DNA of 56,435 nt from a virus (Duplodnaviria; Caudoviricetes), in the IMG/VR virus record IMGVR_UViG_3300049437_000244, positions 1 through 56,435 of that record; one strand, written 5' to 3'. Position 1 is the first letter of the stretch. Each line of letters starts with the position of its first letter. Made by a program: the position numbers and the translations under genes. Positions 9,318 through 18,975 of this stretch are shown here, one piece after another. The notes under the pieces are model-generated. The model was given only the letters and a program-made list of their open reading frames with translations. It was not told the DNA's origin and ran no database searches.

Positions 9318-9613
9318 GCTGCCACCTGGCCCTTCTTCGGCGCGACCCATGCGCGAGAGAAGAGAACGACGCTTCGCGACCCGCAGACGTCGCAGCTCGT
9401 TCCGTCGAGGAGCACCGTGGGGCCCTCGCAGTCCTCGCAGTGCCCGCGGTAGACGTAGGTGGGAGCCGTGCTGCGGAACTCGAGGACCTCGCGGACACGG
9501 CCGACCTCGGCGCACGAACGGGCGAGGACTTCCGCCCGTGCCTTCTCGAGATCGGGATCCTCGTTTCGCTGGTTGCGCGCCGGCCGGAGCAGGCGCAAGA
9601 TCGAGATCGTCAT
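9314..9613 (-). CDS. Hypothetical Zn-ribbon protein
   Basis: CEDC...CDVCGS; coupled. Confidence 0.6.
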   Translation of the reverse strand: MTISILRLLRPARNQRNEDPDLEKARAEVLARSCAEVGRVREVLEFRSTAPTYVYRGHCEDCEGPTVLLDGTSCDVCGSRSVVLFSRAWVAPKKGQVAA

Positions 9614-9828
9614 TTCCCCAGGTCCCCCTTCCCGGCCGGCGTTGGCGCGCCGGCCTTCGTGTTCATGGAAGGCGTGCTCCCGTTCACGGAAGACGCCATT
9701 TCGTTCGCGGATCGGGGCCTTTCGTTCCGGAGACGCTCCTTGAGCCGCCTCGCGGCGCGCTCGAGCGACGCCGCGCGGAAGGCGAGGGCCCAGAGGGTGA
9801 CGAGGGGCGGGACGGGTTCGGCCATCAC
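9610..9828 (-). CDS. Hypothetical protein
   Basis: Coupled ORF in operon. Confidence 0.45.
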   Translation of the reverse strand: MMAEPVPPLVTLWALAFRAASLERAARRLKERLRNERPRSANEMASSVNGSTPSMNTKAGAPTPAGKGDLGK

Positions 9829-10361
9829 TGCCGGCCCCCGGTCAGCGCGGAGAGGACCTCGGCATCGATCGACGCGACCTCACGCTTCAGGTGCTGAAGG
9901 AGCGGGAGTACTTCGCGGGCTTCGTCTGGGCTCAGTCCGCCCGGGAGCCGCGCGGCGATCGCCTGGCAGGCGGCGCCGACGGAGACCATGAGGCGCCCGA
10001 GCTGCTCGCCCAGGGGGCCCTCCTCGAGGGTCTTCTCGGCGGCCGGCACCGTCGTCCTCCCGTAGGTCGCGCAGAGCCGCTCGAGGTTCCGCGCCTGGGC
10101 CCCGGCCCGGACGAACCAGAGCATCGTGGCGAGGACTGCCCCGCTCGGACGGTGCGTCCCGCGGATCTGCTTGAGGACCTCGTTCTCTCCGACATGCCCA
10201 CGGAGGGCCTTCTGCAGGTCCGAAACCTGACCATGCTCGAGAGCGAGGTAGAGGTCGGCACGGAGGTCCTCGACAAGCCGGCCGAAGTCGGGGATCTCAG
10301 CGGCCTCGGCCTTCGGCCTTGCCGGAAACGCCCTCAGGGCCGAACTTGCCCGCGTGGACAT
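9825..10361 (-). CDS. Putative CII-like (CP76/YmfL-type) regulatory protein
   Basis: Lies downstream of cro. HTH-like N-half; C-terminal GLSPDEAREV helix pattern. Confidence 0.5.
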   Translation of the reverse strand: MSTRASSALRAFPARPKAEAAEIPDFGRLVEDLRADLYLALEHGQVSDLQKALRGHVGENEVLKQIRGTHRPSGAVLATMLWFVRAGAQARNLERLCATYGRTTVPAAEKTLEEGPLGEQLGRLMVSVGAACQAIAARLPGGLSPDEAREVLPLLQHLKREVASIDAEVLSALTGGRQ

Positions 10362-10984
10362 CAGGCAGCCCTCCCCTGCTCGCGGCCCACCACCTCGCCC
10401 GGGGACACGCGCCCCGGGCCGCCATCGGAGCCGGGGCGCTTACCCGGGGAGTCACAAGTGCGGGCCGGGACCACGGCCCTCTCCGCTATCGCTACTTCAT
10501 GGTTTGGGCCCTCCGTGTCGAGATGCTGTGCGGTGACGCTGTGGATGAACTCGGGCCTCGTCCCGGGAGGAGGAGCAAAGTGCCGGTCTCTCCCGGCTGT
10601 CGCGTCCTCACGGCAGGCTGGGGCGCCTACGTCGATGCGGGTCCCCTCACCATCTGTGCTGTCGGCTGACGTTGCCGCCGCGAGCGGAGTAGCCTGCTCA
10701 CGCGCCGCGGTACAAGCCCTTTCGCGGGCGTCTCGAATCTCGGTGACACATGCCGGCCCGAGCCGGAAGAAGACCTCGTGGAACTCGAAGTACCGGTCAG
10801 CGGCGGGTCGGCACCGGTACAGCCGCAGGACAGCGCCGGGGATCTCGTCACGCACCGCGCGACCCATTCGGTTCCGCCAGAACTCACCGGCCGGCCGCCG
10901 GAGGCTCAGGGTGAAGGAGCCGTCCTTGTGCGCGGTAACGTCGCCGTGGCCCGAGAGACGGAGGCGAATCGTGCGGGCGTCCAT
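10361..10984 (-). CDS. Hypothetical protein
   Basis: ORF filling the gap, with TGATG coupling. Confidence 0.5.
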   Translation of the reverse strand: MDARTIRLRLSGHGDVTAHKDGSFTLSLRRPAGEFWRNRMGRAVRDEIPGAVLRLYRCRPAADRYFEFHEVFFRLGPACVTEIRDARERACTAAREQATPLAAATSADSTDGEGTRIDVGAPACREDATAGRDRHFAPPPGTRPEFIHSVTAQHLDTEGPNHEVAIAERAVVPARTCDSPGKRPGSDGGPGRVSPGEVVGREQGRAA

Positions 10985-10985
10985 C

Positions 10986-11378
10986 TCAGGCCGCCTCTCC
11001 CGGGGCATTCGCCTCGCGGCGCAGGCCGTCCCACTCGGCTTTGTGCTCCGCCCAACGGCGGCGGTTCTCCTGGCGAGCGGCCTCGACGAGCGGGGTCAAC
11101 GCCTCGAGGGCCAGCGTCGCGTTGCTCGCCCGCGTCCAGGCGCCGGCTACGTCGTCGGACGTCGGGCCGTGAGTCGCCCGGGCCGCCGTACGGAGCTCCG
11201 CGGCGCGCTGGTAGAGCGCCGCTTGCGCCTCGAGGGCGATTCGGAGCGGGACCGCGACCATCGGCTCTTCGGGAGCCGGCGGGCCTTCGACGGGGCGCGG
11301 GACGAGGCTCACGGACTGGGGGGTCAGCGTGGCGAGCGCGGCATCGAGGGCCTTCAGGCGGGCGCGGGAGAGGGACAT
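10986..11378 (-). CDS. Hypothetical protein
   Basis: 130-aa ORF directly downstream of cro. Confidence 0.6.
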   Translation of the reverse strand: MSLSRARLKALDAALATLTPQSVSLVPRPVEGPPAPEEPMVAVPLRIALEAQAALYQRAAELRTAARATHGPTSDDVAGAWTRASNATLALEALTPLVEAARQENRRRWAEHKAEWDGLRREANAPGEAA

Positions 11379-11380
11379 GG

Positions 11381-11620
11381 TCAGGCCGCCTTCCCGTCGC
11401 CGACGAGGTCGTTCAAGGTGAGGCCTCGGCGCCGGCCGGTGCGCTCGCGGAGGACAGTCAGAACCGCTTCGACCTCAGGAAGGCTGAGATCCCGTTTCGT
11501 CTCACCGCTCAGCAGGCGGGACACCGCGCTTTCGGAAAGCCCGGTCGCCTCCGCGATGTCCTTCTGGCGGAGTCCGTTCTCTCTGGCCAGCGTCAGGATC
11601 TTCTCTGTTGTTGCGCCCAT
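11381..11620 (-). CDS. cro: Cro-like XRE HTH repressor
   Basis: LRQKDIAEATGLSESAVSRLLSGE; divergent from cI. Confidence 0.85.
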   Translation of the reverse strand: MGATTEKILTLARENGLRQKDIAEATGLSESAVSRLLSGETKRDLSLPEVEAVLTVLRERTGRRRGLTLNDLVGDGKAA

Positions 11621-11703
11621 GCAAGAAAGATAAGGCGTTAATCGCGCTAATGCAAGAACTATTTTGCAAGGACGCAATAACCCGGGGATACCCTTTCGCT
11701 GCA
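11619..11703. promoter_or_regulatory. Lysis/lysogeny switch region with putative operators
   Basis: AT-rich gap between divergent cro and cI. ATGCAAGAA at 11619 and 11650; TGCAAG again at 11665. Confidence 0.6.
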
Positions 11704-12432
11704 ATGCCTTCCGCTAGAAGCTGGCCCGAGATCGCCGCCGCTCTTCGTCCGCTCGCGAAGAAGGAACGTGGCAGCCAGAAGCGGGCTGCCCTGCGAACAG
11801 GCGCGAAGGAATACGAGATCAGCCGATTCCTCTCCGGCGAAGCCACTCCTGATCCGGTCATCGGAGCGCAGCTCGTCCACCTCTTCGGCCTCGACTTCGG
11901 GGAGCTGACCGGCATCGGTCAGGCAGGCACCGCCCAGGTCGTTTCAGCCCGATCCGGCGATGGCACGCCCAGGGAGCTTCGAGGTGTCGGTGCTCCCCTT
12001 GTCGCTATCGACGTAGCGGCTGGGGAAGGCGCCCTCACCGAGGTCGACGACGACCGGCTGTACTTCTTCGGCGAATCGTTCATGAGGAAGCACGGCTGGT
12101 CCGAGAAGGCGAAGGACCGGTTCTGCTGCGTCAAGCTCGGTTCAGCGAGGGTCGCCGAGTCCATGGAGCCGACCATCCGGAACGGCTCGCTCCTCCTCAT
12201 CGATCGGCGGCCGTCGTGGGAGCGCCTCCGAGACAAGGCACGGGAGATCTATCTCGTGCGCTTCCCTAGCGAGGCAGAGGCGGTGAAACGCTGCACACTC
12301 GAGGCCGAACTGCTCATCATCGAGTCCGACAACCCGGCGCCCAAGTACCACCCCAGGGCCTTCGCCGTGAACGGCGAGAACTGGCGCGACTTCGTTCGCG
12401 GGCGCGTCCTCTGGTGGAGCATGGACGCGTGA
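11704..12432 (+). CDS. cI: CI-like repressor (HTH + S24 peptidase)
   Basis: N-terminal HTH, VAAG cleavage site, SMEPT catalytic Ser, AVKR catalytic Lys. Confidence 0.9.
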   Translation: MPSARSWPEIAAALRPLAKKERGSQKRAALRTGAKEYEISRFLSGEATPDPVIGAQLVHLFGLDFGELTGIGQAGTAQVVSARSGDGTPRELRGVGAPLVAIDVAAGEGALTEVDDDRLYFFGESFMRKHGWSEKAKDRFCCVKLGSARVAESMEPTIRNGSLLLIDRRPSWERLRDKAREIYLVRFPSEAEAVKRCTLEAELLIIESDNPAPKYHPRAFAVNGENWRDFVRGRVLWWSMDA

Positions 12433-12477
12433 CACGCGTCGCCTGGTGGGCGACGTAACACTCCCACAGGAGGGTCG

Positions 12478-12921
12478 ATGTTTCTCGCACTCGCACTCGT
12501 TGCCCAGGCCGCTCTGGCCACACCGCCGCCCACCCCCGCTCCACTCACAGCGGACCAGCGAATCGAAGCCGCGGCCAAGGCGATCGTCGACGAGTCAGGC
12601 GCGCCCTTCATTGAACGGATCAACTGGGCTCCGGTCCCGGCGCCCCAAGGGGCGTCAGTCGTCCCCGAAATGCGGGTCGATTTCACGCCGACAGCCTGGC
12701 ACCGGGCTCCACGGAGCCTGAAGCGCGACGTCGCCGAGCGGCTCGTCAAGCTGGACTGGCGGGCATCCAGCTTCGCGACTCATCACTTCCACAAGAATGC
12801 TGGGGCGTTCATTCGGCTGTATGTCGGCGAGACGTTCCTGGGCCGCATTGAGCTCAGGGACAGTGCCGTGACCGGACGCGACGACCGCTTCCGGCCATCC
12901 AGGGCCTGGGCCGACCAGTGA
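12478..12921 (+). CDS. Secreted hypothetical protein
   Basis: Signal peptide MFLALALVAQAALA; AGGAGG RBS. Confidence 0.65.
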   Translation: MFLALALVAQAALATPPPTPAPLTADQRIEAAAKAIVDESGAPFIERINWAPVPAPQGASVVPEMRVDFTPTAWHRAPRSLKRDVAERLVKLDWRASSFATHHFHKNAGAFIRLYVGETFLGRIELRDSAVTGRDDRFRPSRAWADQ

Positions 12922-12937
12922 GAGCGGAGGGCGCTCA

Positions 12938-13240
12938 GTGCCGAGCCCGCTAAGAACCGAGCCCGCCACCGTGACCGTGGCCCTCTTCCCGCAGAGGCCG
13001 GTCGGCGGGCCGATCCTCTTCGACGTCCAGCTCGGCGGTTCTCGAGTCGAGGGGAGGATCCTCAGCAGCGACCCCGAGTACACCGCGGCCGACGAGGCGA
13101 TCGAGAAGTACGTGCCGAAATGGACGATGGCGGGCCCCACCGCCCCGACGCTCGAGCTGCCCGTCGCGCGCGTGCATGAGCTCCTCCGACGGTCGAGCGC
13201 GGCAGCCCCCGCCGACCCCTCCTCCGCCCCAATGGAGTAG
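12938..13240 (+). CDS. Hypothetical protein
   Basis: GGAGG RBS, in operon. Confidence 0.55.
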   Translation: MPSPLRTEPATVTVALFPQRPVGGPILFDVQLGGSRVEGRILSSDPEYTAADEAIEKYVPKWTMAGPTAPTLELPVARVHELLRRSSAAAPADPSSAPME

Positions 13241-13243
13241 GCG

Positions 13244-13804
13244 ATGCCGCGCATCGGTCTTCCACAGGTTCTCCTCGGGCTAGCAGCCACTGCCGCTCTT
13301 GGTGCCCTCTACTTCGTCTGCACTCGAAGGTACGGTCGAGTCAGAGGTGACACGGCATCGAAGGAGGAGATTGTGGAGGAGGTTTCGGAGAGTAAACGTG
13401 CGGTGCTAGACGAGATCGGGCTGGAGCACCGGCGTTACCTTCGAGACGCTGAGGTCAAATCGCAGGAAGAATACGACCGAACCGTCATCACGCTGTCTGG
13501 TGGCGCGATCGGCGTCTCATTCGCATTCTTGAAGGACCTGGTTGGAACAGTCTCGGAAGCCAAAGCCCTCTACCTCGCCTTCGGGGCCTGGGTCCTCTGG
13601 GGACTCGCCATCGCACTGGTGCTCATCTCGATGTATTTCGGGACTGAAGCGCTGAAGCTTGCCCGCTGCCAGTTGGACGCAGCTGACGCGTCTAAACCCG
13701 GCGGCGCGTTCGCTTCTGCAACCATCCTCCTGAACCCACTTAGCGGCACGGCCTTCATGGTCGGGCTCATTCTCATGGTCGCGTTCGTCGCGAGAAACGT
13801 GTAG
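13244..13804 (+). CDS. Multi-pass membrane protein
   Basis: Several TM segments; YDRTVITLSGGAIGVSFAF motif. Confidence 0.7.
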   Translation: MPRIGLPQVLLGLAATAALGALYFVCTRRYGRVRGDTASKEEIVEEVSESKRAVLDEIGLEHRRYLRDAEVKSQEEYDRTVITLSGGAIGVSFAFLKDLVGTVSEAKALYLAFGAWVLWGLAIALVLISMYFGTEALKLARCQLDAADASKPGGAFASATILLNPLSGTAFMVGLILMVAFVARNV

Positions 13805-13813
13805 AGGTGAAAG

Positions 13814-13948
13814 ATGGCTGAAAAACCTGGTACATGGAAGCCCGTTAGGACTGGAATAGTCCCCGCGACGCCGCCCCCGAGAGAGAAGCCGCCGGCACCC
13901 TCACCGCAGCGGCCATCTCCGAAGGACGGCGACAAGAAGAAGCACTGA
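13814..13948 (+). CDS. Small Pro-rich peptide (44 aa)
   Basis: GAGGTG RBS then MAEKPGTWKPV...KDGDKKKH; below the ORF-track cutoff. Confidence 0.45.
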   Translation: MAEKPGTWKPVRTGIVPATPPPREKPPAPSPQRPSPKDGDKKKH

Positions 13949-13998
13949 GGGTCTCAGACGCCCTCCTCCTTCCGCGACATGCATCCCAATAGCTGAAC

Positions 13999-15045
13999 AT
14001 GGATCCCCTGTCTATCGCTAGCTTCGCTGTCGGAGCCATCAGCACCGCGCTTGCAATCGCGGTGACAGTCCGCGCCCGCCAACTGACCCGGCCCCGACTG
14101 CGCGTCTCCGTTGGCCTTCCGCCGCTCTCCACGAAGACGCCGCGAGCCACCCGCGGTAGCCCAACGACTTCCCTGTTCATTGGCGCGCCAGAGGCTGTCC
14201 TACCCAGCCTGCTCGCGATTCCGGTGTTTCTTGAAAACCGCTCGAACGCTCCGATTGCGGACCTCAGCCTCCGCCTCGAGTACGCGAGCCGCTATCTCCT
14301 GAGGGATGGCACGCGAATCGCTGATCCGAAGCACAACGCTCACGCAGTCCTAACGATCGACCCGGACGCGAGGCGAGAGGCGCGCGAGTTGCTCGGAAAG
14401 GCCTTGGTGTCCGTCGACGTCGGGGTACTCCGCCCGCATGACACTGCGCTTGTGTGCGAGTTCTTCAGCATTCCCGCTCCCGATGACGCCGAGAAGAGCG
14501 AGGATCCCTCGGCCGATCCTCGAATCCTCACGGCGACGAGGAGACTGTCGCCTCTTCCAGCGTTTCGTGCCTTCTTCGTTCTCGATGTCGTCGCCCGGTC
14601 CAGCAATTGCCCTCCTCTTGCATTGACCATCAACGTCTTGCTTGGCACTGCTCCCACCTGCGAAGCCCTCGGGGATCTGGCCGGAGCCTGCGCGTCAGAA
14701 GCATGGGACGGGCTGCAACCTCGACCGGGCCTTTACGTCGACGCGATCCGGGTGTTCAGACGACCGCGGCTCCGCTCCGTTCTTCGGCAGGAACTCACCT
14801 GGCTTCTCTTCCTTGGCACTCCGGCTACCGCTGACGTCGCTGATCCTAAAGCGGTAGTGGACCGCTCGCTTTCCGCGGAGGTCGCCCCCGGAGTCCTGAC
14901 GCTCCCGCCGTGGGGCTTCACTGGCGAGGCCTTTGACCCAAAGCCGTACCTCGGCATTCGCATGCCGACATGGCGAGAGCTCCGCGGACGGCTTTCCCGG
15001 CCCACTTGGCGGAGAACGCGAGTTTCGGCACGACGATGGAAGTGA
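13999..15045 (+). CDS. Membrane-anchored hypothetical protein
   Basis: N-terminal TM helix, 348 aa. Confidence 0.7.
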   Translation: MDPLSIASFAVGAISTALAIAVTVRARQLTRPRLRVSVGLPPLSTKTPRATRGSPTTSLFIGAPEAVLPSLLAIPVFLENRSNAPIADLSLRLEYASRYLLRDGTRIADPKHNAHAVLTIDPDARREARELLGKALVSVDVGVLRPHDTALVCEFFSIPAPDDAEKSEDPSADPRILTATRRLSPLPAFRAFFVLDVVARSSNCPPLALTINVLLGTAPTCEALGDLAGACASEAWDGLQPRPGLYVDAIRVFRRPRLRSVLRQELTWLLFLGTPATADVADPKAVVDRSLSAEVAPGVLTLPPWGFTGEAFDPKPYLGIRMPTWRELRGRLSRPTWRRTRVSARRWK

Positions 15046-15254
15046 ACCCGACTCGCCACCCCCTCGTCCGCCCCTCGGACCCCTTCTGCCAGGGCCTGGT
15101 CGAGCAGCTCTTCAGGCGGGACCGGTGTGTGACGTGCCGAGCGTGCAGGGAGTGGCGGACGGGGTACGTGCCGGCCGCCGAGACGCCTTCGAGGCCGCGC
15201 GACCACCGTAGGGGTTCAGACCGCTTCGCCGAACGCGGCGAGAAGGAGGCTTAG
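15036..15254 (+). CDS. Small hypothetical protein
   Basis: ATG overlaps the upstream gene end; CxxC motifs. Confidence 0.4.
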   Translation: MEVNPTRHPLVRPSDPFCQGLVEQLFRRDRCVTCRACREWRTGYVPAAETPSRPRDHRRGSDRFAERGEKEA

Positions 15255-15256
15255 CC

Positions 15257-15514
15257 GTGGCGACCTGCCGGCGATGCAGCGGGGCTGGGAACATCCGGTC
15301 ATCTCTAAACACGACATTCCTGGGAGGCCTTGCAGATCCCCGCTATGAGGAACTGCCCTGCCCCGGGTGCGGCGGCTCCGGGGAGGTCTATGGCGTTTCC
15401 GACGAACCGTGCAGCAACTGCGATGGGCGCGGTTTCGTGATGTACGGATTCTGGCTGAGCGAGCACTCAGAGAGCTGTACCGTCTGCGGAGGGACCGGGC
15501 TCACGTCTGGTTAG
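15257..15514 (+). CDS. Stand-alone DnaJ-type zinc-finger protein
   Basis: Four CxxCxGxG repeats (CRRCSGAG, CPGCGGSG, CSNCDGRG, CTVCGGTG); AGGAGG RBS. Confidence 0.75.
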   Translation: MATCRRCSGAGNIRSSLNTTFLGGLADPRYEELPCPGCGGSGEVYGVSDEPCSNCDGRGFVMYGFWLSEHSESCTVCGGTGLTSG

Positions 15515-15713
15515 GCCGCCCGGCGCACTCCTCGGTGACCGCGCCGATGCCGCTGGCGATCGAAGTGCCTCTCCTCCGCGTGAGCGAGCTACTGAACCGA
15601 TCTAGGTCAGATCTAGGTCCTGATCGCCCGCTCGCCGACGTGCCACCCGCGAGCGAGGATGGGCGCGGCAGGAAGAGACGGCATCGCAACGTCTCCGAAG
15701 AATCTCGCGGTTC

Positions 15714-15747
15714 CCTGTAGGAAAAAGTCCGGGTTCGCGCAGCCTTG
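15714..15747 (+). promoter_or_regulatory. Bipartite motif copy 1 (CCTGTAGGAAA-N13-CGCAGCCTTG)
   Basis: Same 11-mer, spacer length and CGCAGC box as at 17255 and 47142. Confidence 0.6.
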
Positions 15748-16184
15748 TACATGAGGACGCTAATGCCCTCTGGTTTGTCGTGGCCGGTCTTTCCGATTCT
15801 CGACGAGCGCGCCCAGAAGCGACCGGGAGACATCGAACGCTATGAAAAGCGAAGTCGGGAGGCGAGGCAGCGAATGAGCTCAGGCTTCACTTCCGCGCCT
15901 TTTCGGGCGGTAGTCTGTCGCCACACGGTCTCAGGATCATCGACATCCCGTGATACGTTCACTCAAGTTCTCGACTCCGGGCGGTGGTCAGCTCACAGTT
16001 CAAGAGGGCCCCCTCGGTGCAGGTCACGCTCGCGGCCGGAACCGTGGTCAACGAGTTGCCGTGCCGTACCCACCCCGTACCGTCACGCTCCGATCGGGCA
16101 CGCAGTCGTTCGTTGAGCCTTCATGTTTGCCGGCCGTGCCCCTCCTCTCGGCCTCAGCTCTCGAACCAGAAAGGAGAGTCTCCC

Positions 16185-17042
16185 GTGAAGCGTCTCCTCT
16201 TGGTACTTGTCCTTCTTTCGGCCTCACTCCCGGGATTCGCCCAGGAAGCCCCTGCGAAGGAAGCAGCAGCTCAGTCTAAGAACGACGCCCCGTCCATCGA
16301 TCAATGGGGCTTCGGCCTCGGGATCGGTGTCGAGCAGTACCACGACACCTACATAGACAAGGCCGCCATCTACGGCACCGACCGTACCGTCAAGATCGAG
16401 AAGGAGATAGACACGAGCCCGAGTGCCTGGCTCACGCTGAACTGGAACGTCTGGCCACGTCCCATCGCCGCCAAGGAAGCCAAGGCGAATAGGCTCAGGG
16501 CGATCTCCGAGGCCGCCCAGAACGCTAAGACCGACGCTACGAAGTTGGCCGAAGAGGCCGAGAGGATCCGCCTGCAGGCCTGGGGGGCCGCAGCCGACGC
16601 CGACGCCGACAAGAAGGACAAGGCTAAACTGCGCGCCCTCAACGTAGATGCCAAGACGGCCGATAAGAACGCCCAGCGCGCCGAGAAAGACAGAACCGCT
16701 GCGGCCGAGAAGGCTGCGAAGGCCGACCTGGCCGCGGCGGTTGCAGAGGCGAAGGTGAACGATACCGACGAGATCAAGTACGGTTTCTTCGCCGGCCTGA
16801 AGGTACTCGACGCCACGGCGAACACCTTTAGCGGCTTCGCGTTCGGGCCGCAGATCTCCTTCTTCGTCGGCAAGAACAAGCGCGTCATCTCCATTGGAGC
16901 TGGCTGGGTCGCCCATGGCACAAAGACGTTCGCCTCTGGCATCGAGGATGGGAGCGCCCTCCCGACGGAGTTCACAGATATCAAGTACCGGGAGGGCACA
17001 GAACACAGCGTCATGCTGATGTTCTCCGTCCAGCTCCTCTGA
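16185..17042 (+). CDS. Secreted / putative outer-membrane protein with coiled-coil insert
   Basis: GTG start with GGAG RBS and signal peptide. Beta-strand-like segments flank an Ala/Lys-rich helix. Confidence 0.7.
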   Translation: MKRLLLVLVLLSASLPGFAQEAPAKEAAAQSKNDAPSIDQWGFGLGIGVEQYHDTYIDKAAIYGTDRTVKIEKEIDTSPSAWLTLNWNVWPRPIAAKEAKANRLRAISEAAQNAKTDATKLAEEAERIRLQAWGAAADADADKKDKAKLRALNVDAKTADKNAQRAEKDRTAAAEKAAKADLAAAVAEAKVNDTDEIKYGFFAGLKVLDATANTFSGFAFGPQISFFVGKNKRVISIGAGWVAHGTKTFASGIEDGSALPTEFTDIKYREGTEHSVMLMFSVQLL

Positions 17043-17254
17043 TCGTTCGCGGTCTCGCCTCCCTCGCAAACGAAGGCGCGAGGGGGCGGCCTTGAGGCCG
17101 CTCCCTCGCGCTGTCTCTTGAGCATCTCGCCGACCCCTGGCCCGTGGCCGAACCCGGGGTCCGCGCAGCAATCGAGGAGAGACCCATTCGCAGGTGGACC
17201 GGCTGATCCTGTGAGCCTGATGGATTCGCATCGTTTTCTGCGAATCACTCCGGA

Positions 17255-17288
17255 CCTGTAGGAAAAACCGCCTACTCGCGCAGCTTAG
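17255..17288 (+). promoter_or_regulatory. Bipartite motif copy 2 (CCTGTAGGAAA-N13-CGCAGCTTAG)
   Basis: See copy 1. Preceded by the inverted repeat GATTCGCA-N8-TGCGAATC (17223-17246). Confidence 0.6.
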
Positions 17289-17526
17289 ATAGTGAGGGCT
17301 ACAGCGCCCTTCCCGAAAGGAGGACACAGACCTGGGCCTAAGTCGAGCCCCAGACCGGTCTCCGAGGACGCTGCCGCTTCTGGCGGCCCCCAGGGCGCCC
17401 GCGAACGGAGGCCTCGCTGGGGACTCACTCCACCCGAGGTCGAAGGTGCATGCCGCACCCTCGTATCTCGGGCACTCCAGCGGCTGCTGACGACGGCGGC
17501 CGCCTGACGACTCACGGAGGAGAAGC

Positions 17527-18039
17527 ATGGCCTTGACCGTTTGCCCCGACTGCAGTGCCGAGGTCTCTGACCGCGCACCCGCATGCCCGAAATGCGGTTC
17601 GCCGATCGCCGCCGCAGCCGCAGCCCCCACTCAATCCGCACAGACCTCACCGCCGCTCCCCGCCCATGAACGCGTCCTCCTCAGCGAGGGGTACGTTTCG
17701 GTGTCCACGTCGCGCTTCGTCGTCGGGAGTCAGACCTACCCGATGGCCAACGTCTCGTCGGTGAAGTCCTTCACGGCCCCCGCGAAGACTGGCTTCCCCA
17801 TCCTTCTCCTCGTAGTCGGCATCATCGCGGGGTTCTCCGCTTTCGCGAACAAAGAAGCGCTTGTTGTCGCCATCCCTCTCATCGCACTCGGCATCTTCCT
17901 CCTGCGCGCAGCGAAACCGACCTTCTACGTGGCGCTGACCACCGCCAGCGGTGAGGTGCGTCCAGTCGGCTCGAAGGACCAAGCATATGTCGAGAGGATC
18001 ATCACCGCGCTGAACGAAGCGGTCGTCGCGCGTGGCTAG
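17527..18039 (+). CDS. Zinc-ribbon membrane protein (DUF6232-like)
   Basis: CPDC...CPKCG ribbon, PH-like segment (VSTSRFVVGSQTYPMANVSSV), 2 TM. Confidence 0.75.
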   Translation: MALTVCPDCSAEVSDRAPACPKCGSPIAAAAAAPTQSAQTSPPLPAHERVLLSEGYVSVSTSRFVVGSQTYPMANVSSVKSFTAPAKTGFPILLLVVGIIAGFSAFANKEALVVAIPLIALGIFLLRAAKPTFYVALTTASGEVRPVGSKDQAYVERIITALNEAVVARG

Positions 18040-18217
18040 GGCCTCGGAGACCATGCAGAGCTCGCCGTGGATGCCTCGCTTGGCGACGAGGGGTAGCAGA
18101 TGCCCGCCCCGCAGATGCCTCACCTCTCTAATACGCGATCCCACCTTCCTTTCAAGGGATTCGTGAGTTCCACCTTTCGGCCTGAAGGCAACCGACGACT
18201 TCATGTAAGGAGGGGTA

Positions 18218-18433
18218 ATGGCCACGACGCAGAGGTGCATCCGAATCCTAGCTAGCGGCAGGCGCTGCGATCGAACAGCCTCATCCGGCAGCCTGTTCTG
18301 CGAAGCCTGCGACCTATTCCGAGGCGCCCACAGGCGGAAGCCCGCGGTGAAGCTCGCCACGAAGCGGGCCGTGAAGCTCGCTAAGAAGCCCGCGGTGAAA
18401 GCCGCGAGGAGTTTCAAGAGGATGGCGAAGTAG
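18218..18433 (+). CDS. Small basic protein (Cys motif + KPAVK repeats)
   Basis: AGGAGG RBS. C..G..C...C..C N-terminus and histone-H1-like tail. Confidence 0.6.
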   Translation: MATTQRCIRILASGRRCDRTASSGSLFCEACDLFRGAHRRKPAVKLATKRAVKLAKKPAVKAARSFKRMAK

Positions 18434-18438
18434 ACATC

Positions 18439-18975
18439 ATGATTGACCTGATCCCTCTCTACTCAGCCGCGGTCGACTATAGCGCGAAGGAGTACGACGA
18501 TCTTTGGAAGACCTTGACGGCCCTCGACGCCAAGGCCCAGGGCACCACCGCCATAGCAGGGGTAATGACAGCGGCGTCTCTGACGATCACCGGCCGGGAT
18601 TCCTTTGCGACAGCGAATCGTCTGTTTGGTATCTGGCTCCTCCTCCCCGGCGCTCTCGCGCTGTTGCTGCTGATTCTCGCGATCATCTTCAGCGTTGTCG
18701 GCATGAAGGTTCGCGCGCTTCCAGAGGCCTTCCGGTCCAGACAAGTCGCAGCCACACTCCGCGATCTGACCGCCATCGACGAGTCAGAGCGAAACGCAGA
18801 CGCCCTACTTCGCTACTATCAGGGCCTTTTGAGTGGTTGGAAAGATACCCTCGACGAGATCGAGAGCGTGCTGTCGAAGAAGGCCATGTGGGTGGAGGCG
18901 GCCCAGGCGCTGCTCCTGGCGGGGACTATCGTCCTTTGCCTTCTGGTCGGTGGGGTCTTCCTATGCCAGGGATAG
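18439..18975 (+). CDS. 3-TM membrane protein (DxKA motif)
   Basis: LDAKAQ before TM1, three hydrophobic segments. Confidence 0.7.
   Translation: MIDLIPLYSAAVDYSAKEYDDLWKTLTALDAKAQGTTAIAGVMTAASLTITGRDSFATANRLFGIWLLLPGALALLLLILAIIFSVVGMKVRALPEAFRSRQVAATLRDLTAIDESERNADALLRYYQGLLSGWKDTLDEIESVLSKKAMWVEAAQALLLAGTIVLCLLVGGVFLCQG

Noticed and set aside
15599-15620. GATCTAGGTC direct repeat
   Set aside because: Only two copies and no context supporting a function.
15745-16116. ORFs directly after the bipartite motifs (15745-16116, 17292-17507)
   Set aside because: No recognisable protein features. They could be leaderless or decayed genes, but I cannot support that.
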